A stretch of DNA of 47,923 nucleotides from Desulfuromonadales bacterium (GCA_035269105.1 DATFJP010000134.1:1-47923); one strand, 5' to 3'; positions 26,191-35,881 are shown, counted from the first letter of the stretch. The notes: a model not told the origin generated them from the sequence alone. Translations and numbers: made by a program.

Positions 26191-26230
26191 ATCTGTTGGT
26201 CAGCTCCTGTTTTTAACCGGCTCTTTACGT

Positions 26231-26585
26231 TTAACCGTTAGGTCGCGGGGTTGCGCCCCCGCGCGACGCCCTCCTTTTCTTGCTCGGCCAAGAAAAGGAG
26301 GCAAAAGAAGGCCGCCCGACTGTCTTGCCTAGCACTGCCTGCGGCAATGCTTGGTGCCCTCCGCCGAAAAGATGAACGCCGGCCGGGCGAAAACTCGGCT
26401 GCGCCTCAGACAATTCGCCCAGCTGATCGGCGTTAATCAATTCGGCTCCGGCTGCGGCAGACGGGGAGGGAGGGCACCCGCAGGGCGACCTTTTTCGGGC
26501 GTGTTTCTTTGCTTACTTTCTTTTGCACGAGCAAAGAAAGTAAGGCGTCGGGCGGGGGCGCAACCCCGCGACTTTAGGTCGTTAA
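26231..26585. repeat. Inverted pair of two-hairpin repeat units, about 70 nt each, flanking about 210 bp
   Basis: Left unit: GTCGCGGGGTTGCGCCCCCGCGCGACGCC plus hairpin CTCCTTTTCTT/AAGAAAAGGAG. Right unit (reverse complement): GTCGCGGGGTTGCGCCCCCGCCCGACGCC plus hairpin TTACTTTCTTT/AAAGAAAGTAA. Confidence 0.7.
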
Positions 26586-26606
26586 TTTGCTAAAAAACAG
26601 AAAAAC

Positions 26607-27893
26607 CTATCCCTTGGCACGATAATCGGTGGCGGCGTTCGCTGCCTCGAACAGAAAATAACACCCCCCCTCATACAACACATCATTCTTCAACGCATTT
26701 CCAACCTGTTCCCAGTTCGGGAAACCGCGAACGACCAGTCCTTTGTGCAGACGATGGGCCAGCGCCTCGCAGTGGCCATTGCCGATGATCAGATCGTACT
26801 CATCGGCATGTGCTGCGGCGTCTTCCAGGTCGCCGACCAGAGCGCGGTCTGCGGCGATATCTGCCAGCTGCGGCGAATCGACCGTGCTCAGGGCGACCGT
26901 GACCCGGCCGCCGGCTTCGCTCAGGGCGGCGCATATGCCGGCCAGATGGTCCGGTTCCCCGACCGCCAGAATTCGCGTCTGGCCGAGGGAGAAATGGCTG
27001 TCGAGCAGGGCGTCCTGCAGGCGCAGACGCCAGCGGACGACATGGGGTCCCGGAGTGGTGCGGCCGGAGGCGGCAAGCAGAATGGCAACCAGCTGGTCGG
27101 TGGCCGCCAGACCCTGCAGGTGGGACAGGTGATGATGCACGATCTGCGGGTTCTTTTCCTGCAGGGCCGCAGCGCATTTCTGCATGGAGGCGCCGATCGT
27201 CAGAACCAGGCGCGCATCCCCAAGCCCGCGAATTTGCTCCACGCTGATGCCGCCGCTCGACAGGGCATACTGTTTCTCACTGAGGTGGCCGTCCAGCGCC
27301 GTGGACAGATCCGGCAGGGCACAGGCCTGGAAGCCGAAACCGGCGACCAGTTCCTTGAGCTTCTCCACCTCGATCGGCTGCAGGCTGACCTGCGGCAGGA
27401 TCACGAGCTTCTGCGGATCGACTTTTGCGGCCGGCTCGACCAGCTGCTCGAGCATGGCCCGGCAGGCCAGCGCCCAGCCGCTTTCCAGGCCGCCTTCGTA
27501 GTCAGGGGTATTGACGTAGACCAGGGGGGCGTCGATTTTGCCGGCGATGCCGCGCAGGTCATCGCCCTTGGTCTCCGGCAGGCCGGTGCTGTGCAGACCG
27601 ATCAACGGCGGGGAGACCTTGGTGGTGACGTTTTTGACGGCCTCGACGATGCTGTAGTCGCCGCCGTCCAGTACGGCGATCGCATCAGTGACTGCGGTGG
27701 TCTGGATGGCGATCGGTTCGCAGAAATGACGGGTGAAGTAGACCTTGGTGAAGCTGGTGCAGCCCTGACCGCCGTGCATCAGCGGCATACAGCGGTCGAC
27801 GCCCATGAAGGCCAACGCTGCTCCCATCGGCTGGCTCAGCTTGCACGGGTTGACCTGCAGCGGCTTGGCCGCCTTGCCGCTGACTATTGCCAT
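26607..27893 (-). CDS. nifN: Nitrogenase FeMo-cofactor biosynthesis scaffold subunit NifN
   Basis: 428 aa. PCKLSQPMGAALAFMG and LMHGGQGCTSF motifs. Start overlaps the nifE stop by 10 nt. Confidence 0.93.
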   Translation of the reverse strand: MAIVSGKAAKPLQVNPCKLSQPMGAALAFMGVDRCMPLMHGGQGCTSFTKVYFTRHFCEPIAIQTTAVTDAIAVLDGGDYSIVEAVKNVTTKVSPPLIGLHSTGLPETKGDDLRGIAGKIDAPLVYVNTPDYEGGLESGWALACRAMLEQLVEPAAKVDPQKLVILPQVSLQPIEVEKLKELVAGFGFQACALPDLSTALDGHLSEKQYALSSGGISVEQIRGLGDARLVLTIGASMQKCAAALQEKNPQIVHHHLSHLQGLAATDQLVAILLAASGRTTPGPHVVRWRLRLQDALLDSHFSLGQTRILAVGEPDHLAGICAALSEAGGRVTVALSTVDSPQLADIAADRALVGDLEDAAAHADEYDLIIGNGHCEALAHRLHKGLVVRGFPNWEQVGNALKNDVLYEGGCYFLFEAANAATDYRAKG

Positions 27894-29233
27894 GGCGGCC
27901 TCCGTGCGGCTAATCGGAACACCGGGTTCTGCAGCGCGTTCTTCAGGTCCTCGGCGAGGTTGACCAGTCCGGCGTAGCCGCCGTAGCTTTTCTTCTTCTC
28001 CTGGTTGACGTCGGCAAAGGCGATGCCCTGCTTGATCGCGGTGTAGAGGGAGCGGCCGCCGGCCAGCAGCAGGTCGGCGCTCCGCTCCCTGATCAACCTG
28101 GCCTGCTCGGCACCGGGGTTCATCATCAGCACGCCGTCCTCGCCCAGCACGCGGCGGGCCTGGGCGCGGTCCTCCTCGGTGGCTTTCTTGACCGCGGTGG
28201 CGACCACCTCGATGCCGAGGTCCTGCAGCGCCGCGGCGATCGACCAGGTCTTGTTGCCGCCGGTGTTGAGCACCGCTTTTTTGCCGGCGAACACCTGGCG
28301 ATAGGGCGCCAGCTGTTTTTCGAGCCTGGCCTCCTCGCGGGCGACCAGCTGGCGGGTGCGGGCGACCAGGTCGGCATCGCCGAGAGCTTCGGCGATCGCC
28401 AACAGGCCGTTGGAGGTATCGCGCTTGCCGTAGAAAGAGAGGGATATCCAGGGGATGCCGTACTGCTCCTGCATTTTGCGGGTCAGCGAGACCAGGGACT
28501 TGGCGCAGACGATGACGTTCAGTCTGGCGCGGTGGGCGGTGCGGATATCGGCCACCCGGCCGTCGCCGCTAAGAGTCGACAAGACCCGGATGCCCAGCTC
28601 TTCCAGCAGCGGGGTGTACTGCCACATGTCGCCGGTCACGTTGTATTCGCCAATCAGGTTGATGTCAAAGGGGGTGGTGAACTCCGGTTCGCGGGTGCCG
28701 ACCAGGTGCTGCAGCACGGCTTCGCCGCCGAGCCGGCTGCCGAGGTTCTTGCTGCCGACGAAGCCGGGGGCGTGGACCGGGATCATCGGCAGATGATGCC
28801 GGTCTGCCGCCTGCCGGCAGACCAGGTCGAGATCGTCGCCGATCAGGGCGGTGACACAGGTGGCATAAACGAACACGGCCTCGGGAGCATAGTGTTCGAC
28901 GACATAATCGATGGCCCGGGCGAGCTTTTGTTCACCGCTGAAGATCACGTCGTTGAGGCTGACGTCGGTGGTGAAGCCGACCTGGGTCAGGTCGCGCCCC
29001 GGCCAGCTGCTGCGGGTCGCGCGGGTCTCCCAGCTGGTGCCGAGACAGGTGATCGGCCCGTGGACCAGGTGAGCGGCATCGGCGTAGGGGAAAAGGGCGA
29101 TCTGCGCCCCTTCGAAGGCGCAGCCGCCGGTCGTTGCCCCCGGTGTCGGGGCGTTGCAGGCGGTCTGGCGGGCGGCGTTGTGGCTGCAGGAACTCTCGAC
29201 GAGCAGTTCGCGGATCTTCGGCTTGCCGGCCAT
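27884..29233 (-). CDS. nifE: Nitrogenase FeMo-cofactor biosynthesis scaffold subunit NifE
   Basis: 449 aa. GCAFEGA, LVHGPITCLG and ATCVTALIGDD motifs (NifD-like). AAGGAG RBS. Confidence 0.95.
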   Translation of the reverse strand: MAGKPKIRELLVESSCSHNAARQTACNAPTPGATTGGCAFEGAQIALFPYADAAHLVHGPITCLGTSWETRATRSSWPGRDLTQVGFTTDVSLNDVIFSGEQKLARAIDYVVEHYAPEAVFVYATCVTALIGDDLDLVCRQAADRHHLPMIPVHAPGFVGSKNLGSRLGGEAVLQHLVGTREPEFTTPFDINLIGEYNVTGDMWQYTPLLEELGIRVLSTLSGDGRVADIRTAHRARLNVIVCAKSLVSLTRKMQEQYGIPWISLSFYGKRDTSNGLLAIAEALGDADLVARTRQLVAREEARLEKQLAPYRQVFAGKKAVLNTGGNKTWSIAAALQDLGIEVVATAVKKATEEDRAQARRVLGEDGVLMMNPGAEQARLIRERSADLLLAGGRSLYTAIKQGIAFADVNQEKKKSYGGYAGLVNLAEDLKNALQNPVFRLAARRPPWQ

Positions 29234-29350
29234 GGACAGCGACTCCTTGTTGATGGTTCGGGTGCGAGACCCAGTTGGCTCCCATCCTTGGGAAAACGCT
29301 CAGTCGACCGGCGGCGGCGGCGGGAAACTGAAATGATCCCATCAGGTAAA

Positions 29351-29365
29351 GCAAGAGTCTTGCCA
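29351..29365 (-). promoter_or_regulatory. Candidate sigma54 (-24/-12) promoter of nifEN
   Basis: The reverse complement reads TGGCAA-GACTC-TTGC, one mismatch to TGGCAC-N5-TTGC with correct GG-N10-GC spacing. Lies 118 nt upstream of the nifE ATG. Confidence 0.55.
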
Positions 29366-29469
29366 GAGTGCCGACCGGGCGAGAACCGGCTTTTCCCCTG
29401 GTCCGGCGTTGTCGTCTAAGGGAAAAGAGCCCTGATGGGGTCAGTACTGCTTAAATCTTAACCATATTT

Positions 29470-29785
29470 TTTAACGCAAAGGCGCAGAGACGCAAAGACA
29501 AGCTTGGTATCCAGGCTATTTTTCTTAGCAAGGGCAGCATTAAATGGGATTCCATTGCCTTCTTTCTACTTTTGGCCATGGATATGTTTGAAACAGGCAT
29601 GTCATTTGCTCTAAAGAGTCCGAAAGGGTTTCAGACAAAGTTGTCGACCCGAGCAAAGTCGCTCCGAATCGCTCTCTGTGATTCGGTGTTTTTGTTTGCA
29701 GGGCAGACATATCGGGATGACAAGTGCTGCAGAAAAAATAATAAGACATCCCTTCGGAACTCTGCGTCTCTGCGCCTTTGCGATA
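29470..29785. repeat. AT-richer element of about 315 bp bounded by 22-23 nt inverted repeats, in the nifE/nifV divergent region
   Basis: Left TTAACGCAAAGGCGCAGAGACGCAAAG versus right CTCTGCGTCTCTGCGCCTTTGCGATA (CGCAAAGGCGCAGAGACGCA perfect). Same TTAACGCA.AGGCGCA.AGACGC motif as at 16271-16295. Confidence 0.65.
29664..29697 (+). terminator. Terminator-like hairpin 125 nt upstream of nifV (inside the repeat-bounded element)
   Basis: CCGAATC-N9-GATTCGG followed by TGTTTTTGTTT. Only the + strand reading has the U-tract. Confidence 0.45.
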
Positions 29786-29822
29786 CCCCAAAAGAGGACA
29801 ATCCAACAGCGAGGTGCCCCTC

Positions 29823-30962
29823 ATGGCCGACCGGAAGGAAAAAACCATCATTATCGGCGACACCACTCTGCGTGACGGCGAGCAGACTGCCGGCGTGGTC
29901 TTCAGTCTCGATGAGAAGAAGCGCATTGCTCTCCTGCTGGATGCCATCGGCGTTGGTGAGTTGGAGTGCGGCATTCCGGCCATGGGCCGCGAGGAGCAGG
30001 ATGCCATCAGGGCTCTGCTGGACCTCGATCTCCGCGCCAGGCTGATGACCTGGAATCGCGCGGTGATCGCCGACATCCAGGCGTCTCTCGATTGCGGTGT
30101 CCGGGCCGTCGACATCTCCCTGTCGGTGTCCGATATCCATATTCGCCACAAGCTGGGCAAGGACCGTTTCTGGGTCAAAGAGCAGCTCAGGCGGGCGCTC
30201 GGTTTCGCCAAGCGGCACGACCTCTATGTTTCGATCGGCGGTGAGGATGCCAGCCGCGCCGATCCCGACTTTCTGGTCGAGCTGACGGAAATCGCGCGTC
30301 AGGAAGGAGCCGACCGTTTCCGGTTCTGCGACACCCTCGGGGTGCTGGATCCTTTCGCGACTTACGATAAAATCCGCTATCTGACCGAACGGGTCGCTCT
30401 CGATCTGGAAGTGCATACCCACAACGATCTCGGCATGGCGACCGCCAATGCCATCGCCGGGCTGCGCGCCGGCGCCGGTTTCGTCAGCACCACGGTCAAC
30501 GGTCTCGGCGAACGGGCCGGCAACGCGGCGCTGGAAGAGGTGGTCATGGCTCTCAAACATGCCTGCGGCATCGACCCTGGTATCGACACACGCCGTTTTT
30601 TCGAGCTGTCCCGGCTGGTGGGGCAGGCCAGTTGCCGGCCGGTGCCGGAATGGAAGCCGGTGGTCGGCGAAAAGGCCTTTGCCCACGAATCAGGGCTGCA
30701 TGCCGACGGCGTGCTCAAGTATGCCGGCAATTACGAGGGGTATGACCCTGCGGAGGTCGGGCTGACGCGGGAGATGGTGATCGGCAAGCATTCCGGCCGC
30801 CACGGTTTGAGCGATCGTTTGACCCGGCTCGGTGTCAGCCTGGCCCGTCCGCAACTGGATGTCCTGATGCAGCAGGTGCGGCTCAGCGCCCAGCAGCGGA
30901 AGCGATCGCTGACCGATGCCGACCTGTTGGAATTGTGCCTGGCGGCCCAACGGGTCGCCTGA
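29823..30962 (+). CDS. nifV: Homocitrate synthase NifV
   Basis: 379 aa from ATG 29823. IGDTTLRDGEQ and HTHNDLGMATANA HMGL-like motifs. nif context. Confidence 0.9.
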   Translation: MADRKEKTIIIGDTTLRDGEQTAGVVFSLDEKKRIALLLDAIGVGELECGIPAMGREEQDAIRALLDLDLRARLMTWNRAVIADIQASLDCGVRAVDISLSVSDIHIRHKLGKDRFWVKEQLRRALGFAKRHDLYVSIGGEDASRADPDFLVELTEIARQEGADRFRFCDTLGVLDPFATYDKIRYLTERVALDLEVHTHNDLGMATANAIAGLRAGAGFVSTTVNGLGERAGNAALEEVVMALKHACGIDPGIDTRRFFELSRLVGQASCRPVPEWKPVVGEKAFAHESGLHADGVLKYAGNYEGYDPAEVGLTREMVIGKHSGRHGLSDRLTRLGVSLARPQLDVLMQQVRLSAQQRKRSLTDADLLELCLAAQRVA

Positions 30963-31005
30963 CCATGCCGATGCGTTTACCGCGCCAGGACGATCAATTC
31001 TGGGG

Positions 31006-32280
31006 TTATCGCCTGGCCGTGGCCGGCCGCGGCCGCTCCCGGTTCGGCAGCAGAATACAGAGGAGCACGGCCAGGGCCGTACCGGCGGCGGAGGCGAGGT
31101 AGCCTTGGGTGAAGGAACCGGTCCATTCAGCGATCATGCCGGCTGCCAGGGGACCGAGCGTCTGGCCGACCGCGAAACAGATTGTGATCATGGCAAAAGC
31201 GGCGGCCGCCCGGGCCTTGCCGAGGTAGTCGCCAACGGCGGCCGCCATGATCGCCGGAATGGCAAAAGCGGCAACCCCGTACAGCACCACCGAACCGAAC
31301 AGGGCCGTTTCCCCCCAGCGGCTGCCGGCCAGCAGGTAAGCCAGGGTCTGCACGCCGAAGACCGTCATCAGTCCAACCCTGCGGCCGACGCGGTCTGAAA
31401 GCGTGCCGAACAAGGTGCCGGAGAACAGGCTGAAGAAACCGACCCAGGCCCAGAAGCGGCCGGCACCTGCTTCCAGAAAGGCATAATCCTCGACCATGGT
31501 GGTGACGATGAACGTGCCGTAGATCACGTAGGTGGCACCGAAAATGAAATAAAGCACGCCCAGCGGACCGAGCACCCGCAGGGTACTGAAGCGGCCCCGG
31601 GTTTCGGCGGGATGGTAAGGGAGGGCGGATACTTCTCCGGCCGGCTCCAACCCCTTCTCGCCCGGATCGTTGCGGATCAGGAAGGCGGCAATCACGCCGA
31701 CCAGCAGCACGATGCCGCCCAGAAGCAGCCAGCCGGCCCGCCAGCCATCAGGCCCGAAGGCGGCATTCAGTTGCGGCACCACAAATCCGGCAAACATGAT
31801 GGCGAAGCCGCTGCCGACCACGATGCAGCCCGCTGCCCGCCCCCGTTTCTCCTGCCGGAACCAATAGGAGACCAGGACCATGAGCGGGATATTGGCCAGG
31901 CCGCTGCCGATGCCGACCGCGGTATAAAGGACCAGCACCGCTGCATAACTGCTGGAAGCGGCCATGCCCAGCATGCAGGCGGCGATCATGAACAGGCCGG
32001 TCGCGATCAAAATCCGGGGTGTCAGCCGGCGCAGCAGGAAAGGGATCAGGGTCACCGCTGCCAGGTAGCCGGCGAAGTTGGCCGTCCCGAGCAGGCCCAT
32101 CTCGTCGTAGCTCATGGCCAGGGCGTCGCGCATGGACGGCAACAGCATGCCGAAGGCGAAGCGCGCCAGACCCAGGCAGGCAAAGATGGTGAGCGTGCCG
32201 ACCAGAACGATGACCCAGCCGTAATGCAAGGCTGGCGGCGTCTTCTGTGATGGGGAGATTCTGTTCTTCATTGCCGGCAA
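31006..32280 (-). CDS. MFS transporter (YbfB/YjiJ-like)
   Basis: 424 aa with about 12 TM segments. N-terminal WVIVLVGTLTIFACLGLARFAFGMLLP is typical of this MFS subgroup. Confidence 0.75.
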   Translation of the reverse strand: MPAMKNRISPSQKTPPALHYGWVIVLVGTLTIFACLGLARFAFGMLLPSMRDALAMSYDEMGLLGTANFAGYLAAVTLIPFLLRRLTPRILIATGLFMIAACMLGMAASSSYAAVLVLYTAVGIGSGLANIPLMVLVSYWFRQEKRGRAAGCIVVGSGFAIMFAGFVVPQLNAAFGPDGWRAGWLLLGGIVLLVGVIAAFLIRNDPGEKGLEPAGEVSALPYHPAETRGRFSTLRVLGPLGVLYFIFGATYVIYGTFIVTTMVEDYAFLEAGAGRFWAWVGFFSLFSGTLFGTLSDRVGRRVGLMTVFGVQTLAYLLAGSRWGETALFGSVVLYGVAAFAIPAIMAAAVGDYLGKARAAAAFAMITICFAVGQTLGPLAAGMIAEWTGSFTQGYLASAAGTALAVLLCILLPNRERPRPATARR

Positions 32281-32409
32281 GTCTAGCCGGTTTTGCGGGT
32301 ATCTCCAACTTTATAAAAGCTCGGCGGGCGACCGGGCCCTGATCAAGGGTCGGGCCTGAGCGGCCCGGCAGTGAAGTCCTTGGTCAGGTCCTGCAGCCCA
32401 GCATCGACG

Positions 32410-32440
32410 AAAAAGCCGTCGGCAGATTCTGCCGACGGCT
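32410..32440 (-). terminator. Rho-independent terminator after the FAD-subunit gene
   Basis: On the - strand: AGCCGTCGGCAG-AATC-TGCCGACGGCT followed by TTTTT. Lies 33 nt after the stop at 32473. Confidence 0.7.
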
Positions 32441-32472
32441 GCCAGGGTTGGCCGAACACCTCGGCCGGGAAA

Positions 32473-33453
32473 TCAATTCTCCGCCAGATTCATCAACTCT
32501 TCTTCGATCAATCCTTTGAACAGGGCAATCTTGTATTGGTTGTGCTCCAGGGGCCGGGCATCGGCCATGGCCGCTGTGGCCGCCTCGGCTGCGGTGTCGG
32601 CATTCAGGGGCCGGCCCTGCAGAACCTTTTCGGCCTGCTCACTGCGCCAGGGGATCGGCGCGGCACCGCTGAGCACGATCCGGCCATGCCTGATATTGCC
32701 GGCATCCATGACCAGGGCGAGGGCTACGCCGGCCACGGCAAAGTCCCAGGACTGCCGGGCTCGGACCTTGCGGTAGCTGGACTTCAGGCCGGCCGGCGGT
32801 TTCGGCAGCTTGATCGCAGTGATGATCTCGCCGGCTTCCAGGAAGGTTTCCCGGCGTGGGTCTTCATTCGGGGGGACGTGCAGTTCGGCCACCGGCAGGC
32901 TGCGATCGCCCCTGGGGCCGGTTACCTGCAGGTCGGCGCCCAGGGCGATCAGCGCCGGTGCGGTGTCGGAGGGGTGGACAATATAGCAGGCACTGCCGCC
33001 GAGAATGCAATGGAACTGGTTCTGGCCTTTGAAAGCGAAGCATTTCCTGCCGCCCTTGCGCAGGCAGGGAAATTCGCCCCGGTAATACCAGCAGCGCGGC
33101 TTCTGGCAGAGATTGCCGCCCAAAGTCCCCTGCTCCCGCAGTTGGGGACTGGCCACTTCGGCCGCCGCCTGGGCGAGGGCGGCATAGCGGTTGCGAATAT
33201 CGGCGTCTGTCGCCACGCTACGGATGGTGGTCAGGGCGCCGATTTTCAGCCCGCCGTCGGCCAGCTTCTTCTTTCCTTGCAGTGCTTCGAGAGCGCTGAC
33301 GCTGACCAGCTTGCTCGCCGGAAAGACACCATCGTGCAGGCAGCCGAGCAGATCGGTGCCGCCGGCGTGCAGGAGAACATCCTCTCCGGACTTCAGTTCC
33401 TTGACGGCCTTCTTGAGCGTGTCGGGACGCGTGTAATTAAATCCTGGCAGCAT
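32473..33453 (-). CDS. Xanthine dehydrogenase-family FAD-binding subunit (CoxM/PaoB-like)
   Basis: 326 aa. HAGGTDLL FAD-binding motif and the C-terminal CO-dehydrogenase flavoprotein domain pattern. Followed by a hairpin plus T-run terminator. Confidence 0.85.
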   Translation of the reverse strand: MLPGFNYTRPDTLKKAVKELKSGEDVLLHAGGTDLLGCLHDGVFPASKLVSVSALEALQGKKKLADGGLKIGALTTIRSVATDADIRNRYAALAQAAAEVASPQLREQGTLGGNLCQKPRCWYYRGEFPCLRKGGRKCFAFKGQNQFHCILGGSACYIVHPSDTAPALIALGADLQVTGPRGDRSLPVAELHVPPNEDPRRETFLEAGEIITAIKLPKPPAGLKSSYRKVRARQSWDFAVAGVALALVMDAGNIRHGRIVLSGAAPIPWRSEQAEKVLQGRPLNADTAAEAATAAMADARPLEHNQYKIALFKGLIEEELMNLAEN

Positions 33454-33457
33454 GGTT

Positions 33458-35788
33458 TCAGCCCTCCTCCCGGCGGTTTTCGGTGAGCGATCTCATGACC
33501 TGCAGCGGATTGAGCGGACTGCTTGTGATGCGTACGCCGGTGGCATGATAAACGGCGTTGGCGATGGCGCCGGCCGTCGGAATGGTGACCGGCTCGCCAA
33601 GACCCTTGGCGCCGGCATTGTTGGCTTCCGGATCGGGCATCTCGATCGGCAGGGAGGTCATCTGCAGGGGCACATCGAGGGCCGTGGGCAGCTTGTAGTC
33701 ATGCCAGTTCTTGTTGACCAGCTTGCCGGTCTGACCGGTATCAAATTGCCGGAATTCGGTCATGCCCAGGCCGATGCCCATGGTGATGCCGCCGAACACC
33801 TGGTTGTCGAAGGTCAGTCGATCCATGACCCGTCCGCTTTCGTTGGTGCCGACAAAGCGCAGAACCTTGATCTCCCCGGTTTTAGTGTTGACCTCGACCT
33901 CGCAGAACTGCGCAGCGAAGGGGTTGACCGACTTCTTCTCCGGGTTGGGACCGCGGTGGCCGACGCCGACCGCCACGCCGCGCTTATTGAGCTGCTCGAG
34001 AGCCGTCACCTTGACGCTCTTGTCCGCATCTCCTTGAGCAGCGATGGTCGCTCCCTCGAAGCGCAGGTTTTCAACCGGCACGCCCAGCTCTTCGGCCGCC
34101 ATCTGCAGCAGCTGGCGTTTGACCTCGACCGCCGCCAGGCGCACCGTCGGCGCTTCGGTGGGAACCGTTTTGCTGCCGCCGCTCGGTGTGGCGTACTGGG
34201 TGGTGCCGGTATCGGCATTCTCGATCTGGATCATCTCAGGCTTGACGCCGAGTTCTTCGGCGACGATCATCGCCATCACGGTCTTGGTGCCGGTGCCGAT
34301 GTCCGAAGCGCCCATGTTCAGGTTGACGCTGCCGTCGGCGAACAGCTTGACGATCACCGTGGAAGGGGGTCCGCCGCCGCCCACGAACCAGACACAGCTG
34401 CCCATGCCGACGCCCCGCTTCAGATGGCTGCCGGATTGATTGGCCTGTTGGGCAGCCTGCCTGGCCTGCTGCCAGTTGAAAGCCTCCGCACCCTGCCGGA
34501 TGCATTCCTCCAGGCCGGTGGTGGTGTAGGGAATGCCGCCGCGGCCCTGGCTGACCTTGGGGATATTCTTCAGGCGCAGTTCGACCGGGTCCATGCCAAG
34601 CTCCTCGGCCAGTTCGTCCATAATCTGTTCCAGAGCCCAGGAGCACTGCGGGTGTCCCGGTGCCCGGAACGGCCGGGCCGGGCCACCGTTGATGAAGATA
34701 TCGGTGGTTTCACAGCGAACGTTGGCACAGGTGTAAAGGTCGCGTACCAGCCAGTCGAGAATCGCCGTGCCGCCGGCCGGGTAGGCGCCGCCGGTGCCGG
34801 AGGCAACGAATTCAAGGGCGGTCAGAGTGCCGTCCCGTTTGGCGCCGACCTTGATTTTCATGTTGGCGGGCGGACGGTTGCCGACGCAGAGGAAGGTTTC
34901 TTCTCGGCTCAGAAACAGTTTGACCGGTCGGGCCACCTGCTTGGCCAGCAGGGCGGCGATCACCGTGTACTTGCCGGGTTCCAGCTTGCTGCCGAAACCG
35001 CCGCCGAGATAATGGCCGATCACGCGCACCTTGGACAGGGGCAGGCCGAGAGTCTTCGCAACCTTCGACTGGACCGCGTAGACACCCTGGGTCGATTCCC
35101 AGATGGAAAGGCTGTCGCCGTCCCAGTTAGCGACGCAGCCATGCAGTTCCAGCGGCGTATGCAGCTCGGCCTCGGTGCGGAATTCGCGCTCCCGCACGGC
35201 GCTGGCTTCGGCAAATCCGGCAGCGACATCGCCGCGACTGTAGCTATCCTTTTTCACCTGGTTGCCGCCTGAGTGCACCTTGGCCGCACCGCTCTCCAGG
35301 GCCTTCCGCTCATCGACCACGAACGGCAGAATCTCGTAATCCACCTGGATGGCATGCAGCGCATCACTGGCCTGCTGGGGCGTATCGGCCGCCACCGCCG
35401 CCACGGCTTCGCCCTCGAAGCGGCAGTGCGGATCGAACAGCAGCACCTCGTGACCCTTGGCCCATCGCCACTTCACCCTGGCGGCCGGGTCGTCGTTCGT
35501 CAGGACGGTGCGCACGCCGGGCAATTTCTCGGCGGCCGAAATATCGACTTTCCTGACTTTGGCGTGGGGGTGGGGACAGCGCAATACGGCACCGTACAGC
35601 ATGCGTGGCAGGGTGACGTCGCTCGGGTACACCGCCGTGCCGCTGACCCGTTCGTAGCCATCCACCCGCGGCTTGCGCTTACCGATGACATTGGTCTTTT
35701 CCCAGGGAGCCGGTTCCTTGCCGGCGGGCGGGGTCTCGGGAACGGGCAGGTCTTTGGTGTAATAGAGATCTTTCTGGTCGTCGGCCAT
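33458..35788 (-). CDS. Xanthine dehydrogenase-family molybdopterin-binding subunit (PaoC/CoxL-like aldehyde oxidoreductase)
   Basis: 776 aa from ATG 35788 (GGAGG RBS). RVDGYERVSG a/b-hammerhead start, GGGFGSK and MGIGLGMTE/ESG motifs of Moco hydroxylases. Confidence 0.88.
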   Translation of the reverse strand: MADDQKDLYYTKDLPVPETPPAGKEPAPWEKTNVIGKRKPRVDGYERVSGTAVYPSDVTLPRMLYGAVLRCPHPHAKVRKVDISAAEKLPGVRTVLTNDDPAARVKWRWAKGHEVLLFDPHCRFEGEAVAAVAADTPQQASDALHAIQVDYEILPFVVDERKALESGAAKVHSGGNQVKKDSYSRGDVAAGFAEASAVREREFRTEAELHTPLELHGCVANWDGDSLSIWESTQGVYAVQSKVAKTLGLPLSKVRVIGHYLGGGFGSKLEPGKYTVIAALLAKQVARPVKLFLSREETFLCVGNRPPANMKIKVGAKRDGTLTALEFVASGTGGAYPAGGTAILDWLVRDLYTCANVRCETTDIFINGGPARPFRAPGHPQCSWALEQIMDELAEELGMDPVELRLKNIPKVSQGRGGIPYTTTGLEECIRQGAEAFNWQQARQAAQQANQSGSHLKRGVGMGSCVWFVGGGGPPSTVIVKLFADGSVNLNMGASDIGTGTKTVMAMIVAEELGVKPEMIQIENADTGTTQYATPSGGSKTVPTEAPTVRLAAVEVKRQLLQMAAEELGVPVENLRFEGATIAAQGDADKSVKVTALEQLNKRGVAVGVGHRGPNPEKKSVNPFAAQFCEVEVNTKTGEIKVLRFVGTNESGRVMDRLTFDNQVFGGITMGIGLGMTEFRQFDTGQTGKLVNKNWHDYKLPTALDVPLQMTSLPIEMPDPEANNAGAKGLGEPVTIPTAGAIANAVYHATGVRITSSPLNPLQVMRSLTENRREEG

Positions 35789-35881
35789 GAATACCTCCGG
35801 CGCGGGTCGCAAAGAGTGCTTTTTGAAAAATCAAACCGACGAAAGCTGCGCCGCTGATTTGCGCAACAGTCGCGGCGACGT

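Noticed and set aside
26745-29419. + strand ORFs of 410 and 295 aa opposite nifN and nifE. Similar ones lie opposite the Moco subunit (33452-35272), narK (38923-40206), narH and narG.
   Set aside because: Same reasoning: they are antisense to genes with strong family motifs and have no independent signals.
29470-29500. ACGCAAAGG / GACGCAAAG strings resembling the GEMM-I (c-di-GMP/cGAMP riboswitch) ACGCAAAGC core
   Set aside because: They form the terminal inverted repeats of a repeat element, with a partner at 29759-29785. The same motif occurs in the nifH-nifD spacer. No GEMM P1/P2 architecture could be drawn.
29572-30045. 157-aa + strand ORF starting in the nifE/nifV intergenic element and running into nifV in another frame
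   Set aside because: It overlaps the well-supported nifV frame. The upstream part is low-GC repeat-bounded DNA without an RBS.
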